The translations under genes and the position numbers were made by a program. This document shows positions 1-11,482 of a DNA stretch of 64,000 nucleotides, piece by piece. Each line of letters begins with the position of its first letter. The first letter of the stretch is position 1. The notes under the pieces were generated by a model that was not told the DNA's origin, did no database searches, and saw only the letters and a program-made list of their open reading frames with translations. The DNA is from Takakia lepidozioides (lineage: Eukaryota > Plantae > Bryophyta), in NCBI GenBank assembly GCA_030704615.1, contig CM060732.1:41478001-41542000 (forward strand). Reading direction: 5' to 3'.

Positions 1-1332
1 TCGCAGGCATAGGGGAGACTCCAACCAATCTCCAGGAGTTGATTGATTGCGCGAAGAGATACTTTGATCTTTGGGGGCTAGAGGCTAATGTCAGCAAATG
101 TGCAGTGGTAGCATTCAACGACAGAGGAGAGGGGAGAAGTGATCTTAAGTGGCAGTGGGGTAGTCAAGAGATCCCGGTCCTCCCTTCCTACACTTACCTG
201 GGCGTTGAGTTCTCCTCCAATTGTAATTGGGATGCACATATCCGGAAAGTTGTTCAAACTGGCAAGGGCAAAGCTCTGGGGCTCACTAAATTTTTCCACT
301 GCAGAGGGGTCAACTCTGAGGTTAAGAAAACCATGCTTTGTCGCGTTATTAGACCTGCCTTGGAGTACGGATCTGCTATATGGGTTGATAACTCCAACCA
401 GGCTAAGTCTCTAGAATCCATTCGGTGCTTAAGGAGTGTATGTCAGCATGCTCCAAAACAGCCAATGTGGCTGTTCGGGGTGAGTTTGGCATTCCGTCCT
501 TAAGCTCCCAATGAGATGAATTCAAGGTCAGATGGTGGGGTCAGCTGCAACATATGCCCAACACCAGATATCCTAAGTTAATCGACTCTATATCTTGGAA
601 ACAGGACCGCCCTGTCAAACAGGCTAAGTCCTGGCAGAAGAGAGTAGAAGAGATCGTCAAGGACCTGGACCTGGATCCGCAAGTCTTGACCCTGCTGGAT
701 AAATCTGACTTAGAGGCTGTAGTGTCCTCAGCCATGTCTGTTGCCATGAGATCGTCTGATGAAAATGAAGTTAGGCAGAAAACTTACCTGAACTTGTTTC
801 CAGTCTGTGACATGGGGGAGGACATCTTGGATGACCTCAAGGGTCTACCCACTCTCGGCACTAGACTGAAATTTAAACTCAGGGCAGGAAGCCTACCTTT
901 GAACAGCAAACAGAAGCAGAGAGGAAAGGGAGAGTGCAATTGCCCGTTGTGTGGGCAATCTGAAGACAGTATTCATTTTCTGATACACTCTCTGGGGTTC
1001 TCTCACCAAAGAGACGCTCTCTTCAAATCTATTAAGGGTATTGTGCCTGTACCCCTGTTTACCAACTTTGAAAGTCTCGAGGCTGAGCCAAAAAAGCCCA
1101 GGCCCTCCTGAGGCCTAGTTTTTGGGCAAATCACACACAGCAGATTGATGCTTGTGTGAAGGGATTTCTAGAGGATATCTGGAAAACCCGGATTAATTCT
1201 ATATATGGAGGTAAGTCTTACTACCAACGTCAGCCCCTGACAGAGGTAGGTTCTGTCCCTTTTGTTCCCGCTCAAACTGGGCACGGGGTCAATGGCCACA
1301 AGGCTACGGCAAACGTCTTATGAGTACAATCT
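1..1332 (+). mobile_element. Non-LTR retrotransposon (LINE family A), 3' part of ORF2 (RT C-terminus plus CCHC-like motif), disrupted
   Basis: ORF 39-503 has RT thumb motifs (ANVSKC, YTYLGVEF, IRPALEYGSAIW). ORF 554-1111 has KLRAGSLPL..CPLC..EDSIHF. The 3' end TTATGAGTACAATCT is shared with copies at 19366-20180 and 40143-40311. Confidence 0.9.
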
Positions 1333-1339
1333 CTCTGGA

Positions 1340-1775
1340 GATTGTCATTGCCCGATGTGCGGGCAGCCTGAAGACAATATTAAGCACTGACGATGGAATG
1401 ACATAATGATTCCACGCCTTTTCCTAGATCATCAAAGCTATGGCCAAACCCCCTGCTCTATCGCAAAACACAACTCCGTGTCGAGAATTATCCATTTTCT
1501 GATACTTTGTCCAGGTTATTCTCACCAACTTTGAAAATCTTAAGGCAGAGCCTAAAGCCCTGGCCCGGATGGGGTCTAACACACCGCAGATTGATGCCTG
1601 TGTGAAGGGCTGTCTAGAGGATATCTGGAAAGCCCAAACTAATTATTTATACGAAGGTAAGTCCCACTACCACAGTGAGCCCCTCACAAATATATGGCTG
1701 TGCCCTCTTGTTCCTCCCAAACTGGGCATGAGGTCTATGGCCAGGCTACGGCAAACCTCTTATGAGTACATTCTC
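1340..1775 (+). mobile_element. Older degenerate 3' fragment of LINE family A
   Basis: Similar to 940-1330 (CAGATTGATGC..GTGAAGGG..CTAGAGGATATCTGGAAA; ends GGCTACGGCAAACCTCTTATGAGTACA). Confidence 0.75.
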
Positions 1776-3018
1776 TTTTCCTCTCTCTCCGTCTCTCTGG
1801 CATTAAACTCTTCTTTCTTTCTCGCTCGAATAATTCCCTTGCATGAACCAGTAAAAGTATAGGCACTTTGAAAATCAACCTAGACATGTGAGCTGTAGAG
1901 CACAATTAGGATTTCTGAGGTTCTGAGAGTTTGCCCCGCATAATCATACAGCAGAGGACTGGATCATTTTAGCATCATGATGTGGAGAAGTTGGGGATTT
2001 GACACCAATGAAATCTAAGCAGGAGTTTGAACAGATGGGTTGCTGAGGTTATTACATTCTTGGCCTGTGTACAGGTACGATGTTCGTGAGAGATTCAAAG
2101 GCATATTCACTGCCGTCGCCCTTAAGTTCTTTCATTGAACTTCTTTCTGGTAGTCGAGGAACGGGACCTTCATGAACTGGACATGTACACTGTTGGGATG
2201 TAAAACCATTTACCATCCCTCATGATCTGTTTTACATCTGGACACCTTGTACTACAATGCACTATGCGCTCGAGTAAGCAGCCCCACTTGCTGGGTATTG
2301 GTGCCTTGCCTACATAACCAGGATGATCCTTGGTTCAATCTTGTCCATTGACCACCCCAGGGGCTTTGTGTTGAGTGGTAGGTTCTGTAAATTAACTGGA
2401 CGTCAAACACTTTTATGCACCTTTTTGCAATGTAGCTTGTAGCTTTGTAATGTACCTCAAGTTACATTGAGATATTTGGGACAGCTTGTGAGAGAGAGTC
2501 CTGCCGACTTCACAAAGCCCCCACCTTTTTCTAAAACATCCAAGTTTGTACTCTGCTGTAATAGTTCTAGTATTGCAGCAGCTAGTGAAAGTTCTTCGCT
2601 ATTACTGTTCACTACCTATCATGGGAGTAGAAGTATGATGGCGCTGTTGCATTTTGTGCTTTGCACTTGCCTTACTAAATTATACAGCATGAAGATGCTT
2701 CAATAGAAGGGTTCATCACCATGATTCAGAAGTCAAATAGAATGTTTCCTGAACATAGTGTTGTGCATGGCTCATCAAACATATCCTGCCATAATCCAAC
2801 TGTCCTTCGAAAACTGTTTGTAAAAGGGAACCTTTACTTTGGGCACTCTTTGACATGACACAATATGGAAAAACCTGTGTTTCCTATCATATGTATTCTC
2901 AGACAGTGACATCACTGTCTAGTGCCAGTTAGCTGCATGGCCGTTTGCTTGACTAGACAAATAATGTGCAAGCACTTTCCCGCAAGGTCTAGGATGATAT
3001 CTATCTATGCGAATGCAT

Positions 3019-5194
3019 TCACTCACATTCCCATATTGCAATCCCTCCAATTGTTTCATTGTTATGCAAGGGCTCTGGATGTGCTAACTCGGCTCCCTGC
3101 TTAATAAATTGCGGGATCTTGCCATCCAACTGAGGTTCAGATATTTGAATGTTTGAACTTCTATGCTGTAGGTTTTTTGCTTGAGCAGAATCCTTGAGGT
3201 CTGAAGTTCCTGATTGCGCACCATCAACCCCTTGATTCTTCTCATCACACTCCCTGGCTGCCATCTTCAGCTCTGCTTCAGTAACCTGTGCCCTCACTTC
3301 TGCATCAATGGGGAGTCCAGCCTGCAGCATTTCATAGTAGACGTCCAATGCCTTATTGAAGTGTGCATAGCGCACATATGCTGCCACCAGCACACCATAT
3401 GTTGCTACATCAGGTGTGTTCCCTGTGCGCCGCATATCTTGTAAAACTCCCTCTACTGCTGGCAGCATGCCTGCTTGTGCATAGAGGTCCAGCAGGAATC
3501 TGTAAATGGTGGGTGTTGGGGGACATTGACTTCGCTGCATACGCTGGTACAGCTGTGTGGCATGAGCAATGCGGCGGGTGCAATGGTACATGTCCATCAA
3601 ACCCTCATACGCTCCTGCTTTCTGCTTCCAGTCTTTATTCATCATCTGCTCAAACAACCTCTCACACTCCACATGTTGCCCTGCTTGCAAGTACACCTTG
3701 AACATGGTGTAAAAGGTATTGGGCTCAATAGGGCATGAGGATTTCTTCATCTCCTTGAAAACGGTAATGGCTTGCTCCAAGTGCTTAGCTCCCCACAGGG
3801 CACTAATCAGTATGTCATAGCAGAAGGTATTGATGGGAACCTTGGCCTCATGCATCATATGCTTCACAGCTAGTGCCTGGTCACACATGCCTGCACATGC
3901 ATACATGTGCAATAGTGTCCAGAAAAGCACAAGATCAGGCTCACATCCATCTTGTTGAAGGTCACTGAAAGCCAATGTGGCACGGTCCACCATGCCTGCC
4001 TTGGCAAAGGCATGAATGAGACTGTTGTATGCCTTTGCATCTGGCAAGATGCCTGCCTCCTTCATCTCCTTGAAGGTGGCTGCTGCAGCTTCAGCATCAC
4101 CTTTCTTTCCATGAATGTCAAGGAGGATGCTGTATGCCACATGGTTGGGCTTAAGCCCTACTTGCTGCATGTCATCAAAGAGATGCTGTGCATGAGCAAG
4201 GTCACCATCGCGCCGGCACACAGCTAACACAATGCAGAAGGACACAACATCAGGTGTCACATCACAATCTTGCATGTCCTGGAAGGTGGCAAAGGCCTGT
4301 GCATGCAGGCCAGCCTTACCGTATGCTTGCATCATGGTGTTATACGCCACCAAATCTGGTCGCGATCCATTCTCCTTCATTTTTTGGAACCACTTTTCAC
4401 TGACTGCCACTTTGCCATGATCACTAGCTGTTTTAATAATCCTCACAAACAGTTTTGTGTCTAGCACCATATTGTGGGCAAGCATATCATTAACCACCAT
4501 CTCCAGCTTTGTCCATTTGCCGGTGTCTACAAGGTTGCGTACAACAGCCAGAAAGAAGAAGGCATCGGGCCTGTACTGGGCTCGCTGCTTCATCCATGTA
4601 TAGAAACTATAAGCCACACGCTTATCAGGCATCAATTTGACAACCACCGTGGCATCCCGTACAGACAGTTGGTGTGCAAGTGGAATGAGCTTGGCCTGCA
4701 TGTCGTCATTCTTGCCCAGCTGCTTCAGCACCTGGATCACCTGCCATGTCACACCGAGCATGCTTCAGCAGTCTAATCTAATTACTTACAGCTTGCATTT
4801 CAGAGCCTACTAACCAGGCCTTGGTGCCAAGAGAATGGTATGATATCCAACAGAAGGCACCACTAGCAGCCAAATGTACTGTTTGGTTTACCTGCTTCAC
4901 GCAACTCAGCTCTGCTATCGCCTGCTCCTTCACCTGCTGCTGGTGACCTATGCCATCATCAGTCTCTACTGCCTCCTCTTCCCGCCCTGCAGTAAAGTGT
5001 AAGTGGGCAGGGGTGTGATCAACCACCTGCCAATTCCTTCTGTTGATTCGTATCCCCCAACCAACTTCAGTCACTGTCCAGCAAGGGCCAGAGATACTAT
5101 GGCTCAGAGAAGTGGATAAATGCTGGGTTGGTGATGGCGCCCTCTTGGCAGAAAGAGCAATAGCTAATCTCCAGAGGGCATAAATACGTGCCAT
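3019..5194 (-). CDS. P-type PPR protein with more than 10 tandem 35-aa repeats; N-terminus (4778-5194) apparently separated from the repeat ORF (3019-4761) by a stop and a frameshift
   Basis: Canonical P motifs (PDLVAYNTMMQAYGKAG, PNHVAYSILLDIHGKKG, PDAKAYNSLIHAFAKAG). The upstream ORF begins with a targeting-peptide-like stretch (MARIYALWRLAIALSAKR). Confidence 0.85.
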
Positions 5195-6117
5195 TCACTG
5201 CCACCCTCTTTGATTCACTGCAATGCAGCTAACGTCAGCAAGGCACCTTCACACACTACAATATCCATGCCCTCACCTCAGAATGCCCGCATGGCACTAC
5301 AGTCTCGGTGGAACTGAGAGTTCAGGCCAATTGTGTACTCCATCCGCCTGGAGACCCTCTCCCACGCCGTCATTTGCCTTCAAGTAGTACGTTCTCACAT
5401 CTTGACACACATGAAAAGGTCCACATTTTGATCTCAGACATTGTGGAAGGGAGAGCTGCGTGTGAGAAGAAAGAGAAACTATTAGAAGCACCACAGGGTT
5501 TTGCTTGCCCTCCCATACCTACAAGGCATGAGGTGACGGTTATCAGAAATTTTGAAGTTGCTGTGTCAAAAACAACAAGGTGCGAGGTGGATAACACCTG
5601 TGGGCAACGGAGAGTCGGTAGCGCCATAATACACATGGTCGGCTCGCATACACTTCTTCCATTTTGTCTCCCCGAATCCAGTACGCGACTATCTCCTCTT
5701 CCATATCCCCTGCAAATCACATGCTAACTGTAAACACCACAACATATTCTATAGAGCGATAGAGATTAGACCTTATATGGTCCAGTTGTTCTATCGACAT
5801 AGAACTCTATCATCTGTAGGCTTATCACCTATCGAAAGATATAACCTATTGCCTGATAGAGCAAAATATGGGCTGCGCGATTCATCATCTTTCTGATCAA
5901 GTTGGTGTGGCGCTGCTGCAGTTGTGATGATGTAGTCTACCTTGCCTCATTTTCGGGCCCCACCCGTGTTTCTATGGGAAGGGGGACTCGTGCATTGAGC
6001 AAAATTCTGGAAAATGAAACTTAGAAGTAGAGAAGAGAGAGACAAACTGACTACTTACGTCTGTCATAACAACAAGCATCTACTCAAGCATTGCAAGAAA
6101 GTCGCTCTAGAATTTTC

Positions 6118-8678
6118 AGACTTTGCAGGGAGTGCAGTGCTCAACATGGTGCAGCTGCCAATGTCTGTGTGATGCGTTCTCAAAGAAAGATCTGCTACAG
6201 TATTGGGTATGCTCCACTTCCCCCTCTGGCATGAAGAATCTGAACACCACAGAAGCTGTCCAACCTTGTGCATTCATGCTGTTACCTGCGAAAAGGTGGG
6301 GACAGAATCTTGCATTGATCTTTGGGATGTTCATGATGCAGGGCAGTGGGGTTGCAAGTATGGAGGCAGACCCAGTTGTTTCTTGGGCATCCCAGTGGGG
6401 GCGCATGTGTGGGTCTTGGCACGTCCGCTGTTTTGAACGGAGTGAGAGAAACTAGAGCGAGGGAATGGAGCAAGAACAGGACGAACAGTTGGGGTACTGG
6501 TGGGAATATGGCTTCAGTGTGCGGCGAGGGACGCTTGAAGGAGGCGGTGCAGCTTTTGGATGTGATGGAGCAACGAGGCTTTTGGGCATATTCCGAGACC
6601 TGCGCTCGTCTCTTGCAGGGGTATGCAAAGACGAAGGCCCTCGCAGATGTGAAGGGGGTCCATGCCCACATCATCAAAAGTGGATTTGAGTCAAACATGT
6701 TCCTTGCAAACACCCTTGTCAGCATGTATTGCAAGTGCGGAAGCATTGGGGATGCGCGCCGAGTGTTTGACAAAATGCCTCAACGAAATGCGATTTCTTG
6801 GACTGCGATGATTGGAGGATTAGCTAAGCAAGGGCAGGGAGAAGCTGCATTTGAACTCTTTCGGCAAATGGAAAGAGAGGGCGTGAAGGCAGACAGGGTT
6901 ACTTTCATGAGCATTCTGAATGCATGTGCTGGGCCAGTAGATCTAGAACATGGCAAGCGGCTCCATGCGGGCATTATTACAGCTGGATTTGAGTCAGATG
7001 TGAGAGTGGGGAATGCCCTTGTCAGCATGTATTGCAAGTGCGGGAGTATGGCGGATGCGCGGCAAATGTTTGATAGGATGCCTAAGCGAGATGTGATCTC
7101 GTGGAATGCGATGATTGCAGGATGCGCTCAGCAGGGCCATGATGAGGAAGCCTTTGGACTCTTTGGGCAAATGCAAAGAGGCGGCGTGACGGCAGACAGA
7201 GTGACTTTCTTGAGCATTCTGAGCGCATGTTCGAGCCCAATGGCCCTGGAATCCGGCAGGCATCTCCATGTGTCTATCATGAAAGCTGGACTGGAGTCTG
7301 ATGTTGGAGTGGGGAATGCCCTCATCAGTATGTATTGCAAATGCGGTAGTGTGGTGGATGGCCGCCGGGTGTTTGACAGTCTGCGCGAACGAGATGTGGT
7401 CTCATGGACGGCGATGATTGCTGGATACTCTCAGCATGGTGATTGTGAGAAGTCTTTTGAACTCTTTCGGCAAATGCAAAGTGCTGGCGTGAAGCCCAAC
7501 GAGGTCGCTTTCATGAGCATCCTGAACGCATGCGCCAGTCTAGCAGCCCTAGAAGAGGGCAAGTGGATCCATGACCTCATCGTCAGATCAGGATTGGAGT
7601 CAGATGTTCGAGTTTCTAATGCTCTTGTCGACATGTATGCCAAGTGCGGGAGTGTGGGTGATGCACGACAAGTATTTGACAAAATTCCTCAACGGGACGT
7701 GGTCTCATGGAATACCATGGTTGTGGGATATGCCCAGAACGGGATTGGTAAGGAGGCCCTCCAACTCTTTGAACAAATGTTACACGAAGGAGTGAAGCCA
7801 GACTCTGTCACATTTGTTGGTGTTCTCTCTGCATGCAACAGTATGGGCCTGGTGGACAAAGGCCATAGTTACTTCCTCTCCATGAGTCATGATCATGGCA
7901 TCCCACCAACAGGAATGCACTATGGCTGCATGGTCGGCCTTCTTGGTCGATCAGGGCAATTACATGAGGCAGAGGACTTCATCAGCAAAATGCCGGTGGA
8001 GCCAAATGCTTCAGTGTGGGGGCCATTGCTTGGTGCATGCAGAATCTATGGTAATGTGGAGGTAGCAGAACGGGCTGCAGAACATATACTCAAATTCAAA
8101 CCACAAGATGCCGGAGTGTATGTGCTGCTTTCAAATGTCTATGGTGCGGCTGGCAGGTGGGATGATATAGCAAAGGTGAGAAAGGCCATGAAGGACAGGG
8201 GTGTGAAGAAGGAGCCAGGGCGTAGCTGGATCGAAGTCAAGAATAGGGTACATACGTTCGGTGTAGAAGATAGATCGCACCCGCAGACCGAGGAGATATA
8301 TGCTGCGTTGGAAAGATTGGATAGACAAATTAAGGAAGTGGGATATGTTCCTGATACACGCTTTGTGTTACATGATGTGGATCAGAAGATGAAGGAACAG
8401 GCTCTTGGCTATCATAGTGAAAAGCTGGCCATTGCGTTTGGGCTCATCAGCACGCCCCCTGGGACACCTATCCGCATAATTAAAAATCTCAGGGTATGTG
8501 GGGATTGCCACACTGCCAGCAAATTTATCTCCACAATTGTTGGGCGTGAGATCATAGCAAGGGATGCCAACCGCTTTCATCATTTCAAGAATGGGGTGTG
8601 TTCTTGTGGGGATTATTGGTGATGACAACTCCACACGCGCCAACACGATCTTCCATTTATGGAGTCTTAAGCGAATGT
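6118..8678 (+). repeat. Left arm of a 2561-bp near-perfect inverted repeat
   Basis: Position x pairs with 20161-x. The ORF track is mirrored (6346-8622 vs 11539-13815, and the shadow ORFs). Boundaries are AGACTTTGCAGGG and GCGAATGT. Confidence 0.97.
6346..8622 (+). CDS. PLS-E1-E2-DYW PPR protein (organellar C-to-U RNA editing factor, DYW:PG type), copy 1
   Basis: 14 motifs L-S-(P-L-S)x3-P2-L2-S2, then E1/E2, PG box PGRSWIE, HSEKLA and CGDCH zinc ligands, terminal DYW. The start is uncertain: the track start is GTG and the first in-frame ATG is at 6508. Confidence 0.96.
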   Translation: MGLQVWRQTQLFLGHPSGGACVGLGTSAVLNGVRETRAREWSKNRTNSWGTGGNMASVCGEGRLKEAVQLLDVMEQRGFWAYSETCARLLQGYAKTKALADVKGVHAHIIKSGFESNMFLANTLVSMYCKCGSIGDARRVFDKMPQRNAISWTAMIGGLAKQGQGEAAFELFRQMEREGVKADRVTFMSILNACAGPVDLEHGKRLHAGIITAGFESDVRVGNALVSMYCKCGSMADARQMFDRMPKRDVISWNAMIAGCAQQGHDEEAFGLFGQMQRGGVTADRVTFLSILSACSSPMALESGRHLHVSIMKAGLESDVGVGNALISMYCKCGSVVDGRRVFDSLRERDVVSWTAMIAGYSQHGDCEKSFELFRQMQSAGVKPNEVAFMSILNACASLAALEEGKWIHDLIVRSGLESDVRVSNALVDMYAKCGSVGDARQVFDKIPQRDVVSWNTMVVGYAQNGIGKEALQLFEQMLHEGVKPDSVTFVGVLSACNSMGLVDKGHSYFLSMSHDHGIPPTGMHYGCMVGLLGRSGQLHEAEDFISKMPVEPNASVWGPLLGACRIYGNVEVAERAAEHILKFKPQDAGVYVLLSNVYGAAGRWDDIAKVRKAMKDRGVKKEPGRSWIEVKNRVHTFGVEDRSHPQTEEIYAALERLDRQIKEVGYVPDTRFVLHDVDQKMKEQALGYHSEKLAIAFGLISTPPGTPIRIIKNLRVCGDCHTASKFISTIVGREIIARDANRFHHFKNGVCSCGDYW

Positions 8679-10290
8679 ACCAATCCACTAGCTTTGCAAC
8701 AGGGCAAACGCCTCCATGCAGACATTATCGAAGCCGGACTAGAGTCAGATATCGGAGTGGGAAATGCCATTATTACTATGTATTGCAAATGTGGTGAGTG
8801 TGCTGGATGCGCGGAGAGTGTTTGACAAAATGCCCAAGCGAGATGTGATCTCATGGAATGCAATGATCACGGGATTCGCCCAGCAAAGGCACAGTGAAGA
8901 GGCCTTTGAACTATTTAGGCCAATGCAACGTCGAGATGTAAGCACAGACAAGGTCACTTTCATAAGCATCCTGAATGCATGTGCCAGTCCAGGTGACCTG
9001 GAAGAGGGCAATCGGCTCCATGCGGCTGTGAGCAAAGCTGGATTGGAGTCGGATGTCCAAGTGGGGACTGCCCTAGTCAGAATGTATTGCAAGTGCGGAA
9101 ATGTGTCTGATGCGCGCAGAGTGTTCGACAAAATGCCTACGCGAGACCTTATCTCATGGAATGCCATGATCGCAGGATTAGCGCAGCAACGACATTGTGA
9201 GGAAAATGCAACAAGAAGGCCTCAAGGCAGGCAAGCTCACATTCCTAAGCATCCTCAATGCATGTGATGGCCCACTAGCTCTGGAACAGGGTAAATGGCT
9301 GCATGCTGGTATCATCAAAGCTGGATTGGAGTCAGATGTGCAGGTGGGCAATGCCCTCGTGACCATGTATTGCAAATGCGGGAGTTTAATGGCGCGTGCT
9401 GTGTTTGACAGAATGCCCAAGCGAAATGATATATCATGGAATGCTCTAATTGCAGGAGTAGCTCAGCAAGGGCATGGTGAAGAGGCAGTTGAACTCTTTT
9501 GGCAAATGCAAAGAGAAGGCATTCACCCTAATGAGGTCACTTTCATTAGTATCCTCAATGCATCCTCCAGCTTGGCAGCTCTAGAAGTGGGCAAGGAAGC
9601 TCATGCCCTCATCAGCAACTCTGGATTTGAGTCAGATGTCCGAGTGTGTAATGCCCTCATTGACATGTATGCCAAGTGTGGGAGTCTAGGAGGTGCTCGG
9701 AGAGCCTTTGACACAATGCCTCAAAGAGATGTGATCACTTGGAATTCAATGATAGTAGCATATGCTCGGCATGGGCTAGGTAAAGGGGCCCTCCACCTCT
9801 TTGAAGAGATGTTGTGGGAAGGGTGTAAGCCAGACAATGTCACGTCGTCAGTGTTCTTTCTGCATGCAGCCATATGGCCCTCGTGGAGGAAGGTAATCAC
9901 TACTTCCTCTCCATGAGAATAGATCATGGCATCACACCCATAGGTAAGCACTATGGCTGCATGGTTGATGTTCTAGGCCGTGCAGGCCACTTGGCTGATG
10001 CTGAGGACTTGATCAACAAAATGCCATTTGAGCCAGATGCTTCTGTCTGGGGGGCCTTGCTTGGCGCTTGCAAAATCCATGGCAACGTGGAGGTAGCAGA
10101 ACGTGCTGCAGAATGTATCCTCAAGATGGAACCTGAAATGCTGCAGTGTATGTGCTGCTTTCAAACATCTATGCTGCAGCTGGCCGGTGGGATGATATAA
10201 CAATGGTGAGGAAGGCAATGAACGATAGAGGTGTACAGAGTGACCTAGGGCACAATTGGATTGACGTCCAGAACAGGGTACATCTCATTC
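8679..10290 (+). pseudogene. PLS-E PPR pseudogene, 5'-truncated, about four frameshifts, ending in a decayed PG box with no DYW core
   Basis: Successive ORF pieces 8598-8825, 8764-9267, 9197-9916, 9874-10200 and 10146-10418 carry P/L/S/E motifs in shifting frames. Ends at LGHNWIDVQNRVH. Confidence 0.9.
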
Positions 10291-11482
10291 CAGTGCAGGT
10301 AACCTGTCACTCCCCAGCACCATTTAGAAGGAGGATGACAGGGAGACAAACTCACAAAATGTCCTTGGAGAACGGCGATCAGCAAGGAAATGTCAAGGCA
10401 GATACAGAAAACAGATGACATACTAGACCAGAGTGAACTTAGATACTGCATCATACCCTAGAGCATAGAGCATGTGCACAGCACACATTTAATCTGGGAG
10501 AAATTAGACAGCAGCACTGCTGGCACAGAACCCTTGCCAGACAGTTTCTGTAGCTAGTTTGTTTACCGACAATATTGGGTCCCAAGTAGTTACTTTCCTT
10601 TAGGCACCTGCTAAAGCCACATTTCTGTGAGGAAGTGCTATAACCATTTAGAGTTTGAATGTGTTGAAGGCACAGATTGTGCCACATACATCTAGTAGAT
10701 GAGATGAAGGTGTTTAGACAGATAAACATCAAATCACCATAGCAGAACATTCAATGACTTGTACTCACAGCCACAAAGATTCAGCCATCCGCAGTCACAA
10801 GATCATGGCACCAAGCAGACATCATACCATACATGATAAACCACTGAGTTGAAAACTTGAGACTTACATCAGGTTTTCCGAAAATAGCGAATGACAGAGC
10901 CCAGATCAAGTAACCAGCACATGATGAAGACTAAACCAAAGAGGAAATTGGGAAGTCAAAAGAGCACCTTCAACAATGTGCACAGTAGCAGATGGGCAGA
11001 TCAGACTGCGTTTTACTGAGATACGCACATGGGCACCATCCATTAAAGCGGTGCCCTTTGTTTTTTGCATCCGTGTGGCATACACTGCCTCAAGAGAGAT
11101 CCTCTGAACCCCAAGGAACTGCAATAAGACTGGTCACAATCTCAGAAAAACATCATTAATATGAAAGATACTCATTAATGTAGGATACTGTTGCAACTGA
11201 AAGCACCGAATGGAGAAGGTTGGAGAAGGGTTCATACCACTCAATGATGCCTTGACTTCAGCTCATTTATTTTCACCAATGACCTCTGCCAAAACCCTGC
11301 AAGCAACAGTTGTGGCCAGTTTACCAAACTGTGAATAGGACAATGCCCAACGCACAATCTGCAAGATTCATGGTTGCCTGTCACAAATGGGCATCAGATC
11401 AACGAGAAATATATGAGAGGTATAACCTCCTTGAATCTTGTGGCCATTAGACTCACCCTGAACAAGACCGACAGCTTGCCAG

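Noticed and set aside
8210-8622. U-to-C (DYW:KP) editing factor
   Set aside because: The PG box PGRSWIE, HSEKLA and DYW terminus are the canonical C-to-U type.
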